NCBI RefSeq assembly: GCF_009914755.1
Contig: NC_060937.1
DNA length: 64,000 nt
Source of the DNA: the human T2T-CHM13v2.0 reference genome, Homo sapiens
Strand: one strand, 5' to 3'
The notes beneath the pieces were generated by a model. That model did not search any database, was not told the origin of the DNA, and saw nothing but the letters and a program-made list of their open reading frames with translations. The translations under genes and the position numbers were made by a program. Shown here one piece after another: positions 60,691 through 64,000 of this stretch (the first letter of the stretch is position 1; each line of letters starts with the position of its first letter).

Positions 60691-63600
60691 ATGGTTTGCT
60701 GAATGTGTAACCTTTCAAGGTACTTTAGTTTTTTCAGACAACACATGGAAAGAAGCCCAGTCAGAAGACTTGACTTCAGTGAGATTAAGGAACCCAGCAG
60801 CTTTCCTTTGACACTTAATTGGTTATTTTACCCCCTTATCCTGGTACATTTCCTTCTCCCTTTTCTTCTTTCTAACATTGGGAGGAGAAAACAGTGGATG
60901 TTTTTTTGAGGCCTGTGGTCTGAGTCCATCATGGAAGTCTAAAGCCTGAATGTTTAATCACAGTCCTACTTTTAAAATTGCCCTTACCCGATGTGTGACT
61001 CTCCATGAGTATAATTTTACTGATAGCCTCAGTAGCTTGTTTGGGTGAATTTGTGCTCTGAGATGGCAGGGTTGGAGAATTTCCAGGGTTCATGTCTATT
61101 CATATAGTCTCATTGTATATTTCTATCCATGACTCCACTTTTAGCAGTACAGTAATTACAGGAAAAAACCTGTGAGCTTCTGAATGTGCATCTGGTAATT
61201 TTTAGGACTAACTGCAAAGATGGTTAAAGGCTAGGCTTACTAAGTGTCAGTGGTACTTCAACAGACTTTTTGGGGAGAAATGATTCTGTCAATATTCATT
61301 CCAAAATGATTCTTAAGATGATAATAGGAAATATTAGGGGAAAGGGGAATGAAGAAATGTAAAGATGAATTTGTGCGTTTGATATGAGTGGATAAAATGA
61401 ACAAGCAAACAAATATCCTTCAGTCTTTTGCGCCAAATAAATTGGTGTTTTTAACTGAGCAAAACTTTTTGAATCATACATACTGTTTCATAAGTTTGGG
61501 GCAAATGACAGTCAACTTTTTATCTGGAAATTATAATTACCATATGCAATAGTGTTCACTGAAGATAAACTTAATGTTCAGATTTGTGTTCTTAACGTTC
61601 TGCAAGTTAGAAAGATCAAATTAAGAAATGTTAATGTAAACAAGATTAGGTATATTTGAAAGCTATAAAAGCGTTTTTTGTGGGCATGTGAACAGATTTG
61701 ATTTACTATGTGTATGTATTTACTCTCTCTGTGTGTATGTGTGTGTGTGTTCACATGTGCAGGAAAAAACCCAGTCTTATTAAGAATTATTGCTGTGTAA
61801 AAGTATAGGAATATCTCATTGGTCATAAGGTTTACTGACAGGCACTTTCAGCATTTAATTTATTTCTGAAAATGGGCATTAGCTTATTCCTATTGCGAGT
61901 ATAGATTCCTTTAACACGTGGCCATATCCACAGCACTTAATCTTGTCAACATGTAGTTATACCTAAAAGCAGTCTCCCTGGAATAAAACAAGAATAAACA
62001 CCTGTATGGTTGTTCACACTCTGTTGAGGAGGGAGATAACTGAGAAAAGAGAACAATTGTAAGATGCTCCTCTTTAGTACAAGCAAAATCCTGTGCAGCT
62101 GTTTTGCCCTTTTCAGGAAAAGACATTACTAGTTTGGAATCAGTTGTCTGCAACTTAAAATGACTTCATTATATTTTAAACCATCCTGGCTAAACCATGA
62201 CAAGTGGCCACTCTATTTTGAACAGAACACGAAGAGCATGCTCTGACAAAGTTGGACAGAGTTCCCATGGCAATTTCACTCATTGTGTGTAAGATATACA
62301 AGGCATATCTGAACAAGTTTTTTCTTTTTATTGTGATGAAAACTAGAAGCTCTCTTTCCCAACATACTTCATCAAACTATTTACAACCTCTGTAAAATTT
62401 GTGAGTTTGAAAATACTTTTTCCACTATCACATATGTTACGAATACAGTAAAATATCTTCACTCTATTTTTTAAAGATGCAGTATCCTTCTATTTCATTT
62501 TCTTATGAAAATCTGGATTTCTATTGCAATTGCTCAGTAATTAGCATATTTAAAGTATCAGTGGACATGGGTTACTAAACAGACATTATAATGAAACTGT
62601 GAAAATATAGCAATTTTTATGTACATTTCTTAACTATAAAATGCAGGCAGAGTCATATATAGTATTATAAGCCGGTTTCCTAATAAGGTAAGTAACTCAC
62701 ATTTCTAGACAGCACGGATTATTACAAATTCTTTTTAAAAAAGTTCTTTGCTGATATTTGTTAGCCCACTGGCTGCTGCATATACAGTTGTGTACACACA
62801 TGTGCATGTGTTGGGGCTGTCTGTACAGGTTAAGTGGAAGGCAGTGTGGGGATGAGTAGAAATGTCATATGGAAGACATGACTTACCAAACCCCTTTCTA
62901 AACTAAAGCCAAATCTAATTGAAGAGACTTTTTTAATGGGATGCACTACCTCAGAAAAACTAAAGGAAGAGATTTGGTCAATGATGTTTTATACTAGAAT
63001 ACATTTACCTGCTAAGTTTACAGGCAACATTGAAGAGCAAAATCTGAGACTGGATTATGAACTATGAATATTAAGGCTTTCTGGGCCTATTATGATTCAT
63101 AAGAGTTACCTCACATTCAGTCCCTTATACGCAGACTGTAACATGGATGCTGGTATTCTTAACACTGCTTAATTTCTGTCAATCCTCACTATAAATGTTA
63201 AGACATCTTTAGAACAACATCATGGCTACATTTCTAAGCAGTCATAACAACATAACAAAGGCGTATTAATACATTTTGAAGGCCTCACCTCACCAGATTT
63301 ATTCAGTTGCAGCTTTGGTAAGTATAATAAATCAAGTACAGAATAAGGAATACTGCATCTTTATCCATATAAATGTTATCATTCTAATGAACTGATTCCA
63401 AAGTGCAGAATTATGTTTAAAACACAGATGGCAATTTAAAGTTAAAAAGAATTGTATAAAAATGAACACAATCTTTGCATAAGCTATTCCAAATTTGAAC
63501 CATAATGAAAATGGCCTTTCTAATCACCTGGAACTGGCATTTGTAAACACTGTAGCATTTTGTAAGTTTTTCCCCTGACAATCATCTTCCTTTTTCCCAC

Positions 63601-64000
63601 TTAAGCTTTCAAGTGAATGAAAAGTGCTCATTTTTTTAAAAAATGTGGTTTATGTTGCTGTTACTCAACTGCTTTTGAAAACAAATGTCCTATAGTGTTT
63701 TATAGAAACGACGCCAGGCAGAAGTATAATCTTTATGGTGAAGTCATTAGAAATCTCAGTCTAACTGCCTTAATAGAACTTAAGACAAGTTATCAAGCAG
63801 GCTTCTCAGAGTCCACACACAATTGACAGAATGAGGGCAGAGGTGGATGCAGAAGCGTGAATCTTTTTTCAAACAACTTAAGATCAGACCATGAAAAGGG
63901 ATTCTTAAAACCTCAAAGGCTGAAAGTCATAACTTTTCAAATAATGTAACTCCCTTGAAATCAATCTCTATACTGCAAACAGAAAATCAGGTCTACTGCA

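Larger units (their letters stand above)
57690..64000 (-). other. Probable long 3' UTR of an unidentified minus-strand gene lying beyond the right edge
   Basis: About 6.3 kb that is nearly free of transposons and AT-rich. Minus-strand AATAAA at 57714-57719 with upstream UGUA elements, a Pumilio site at 58009-58016, and many conserved miRNA seed matches. Confidence 0.55.

Overview
Primate (human or great-ape-like) genomic DNA that is rich in repeats. No host protein-coding exon is recognisable. The long ORFs are all LINE-1: a 5'-truncated, older L1PA (about L1PA4) on the minus strand at 1-2380 and a full-length L1PA2-like element at 12137-18174. The full-length element has a 16-bp target-site duplication (TSD), an open ORF1 and ORF0, a disabled ORF2, and sits inside an MSTB LTR. 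The rest is Alu, MIR, L2, old L1, MaLR/ERV LTRs and hAT DNA transposon remnants. There is also a promoter-like two-motif array at about 32.35-34.08 kb and a repeat-poor block from about 57.7 kb to the end that looks like a long minus-strand 3' UTR (gene not identified). The most notable signals are: (1) the two inverted L1s share non-consensus variants, including the same nonsense codon, inside a 130-bp identical tract, which suggests non-allelic gene conversion; (2) several small inverted/direct templated-insertion scars; (3) the interleaved ZNF143-core-like and KLF/SP motif arrays. I see no support for a wholly new multi-gene system. Repeat subfamily calls come from my recollection of consensus sequences, not a database search, and the boundaries of old repeats are approximate.
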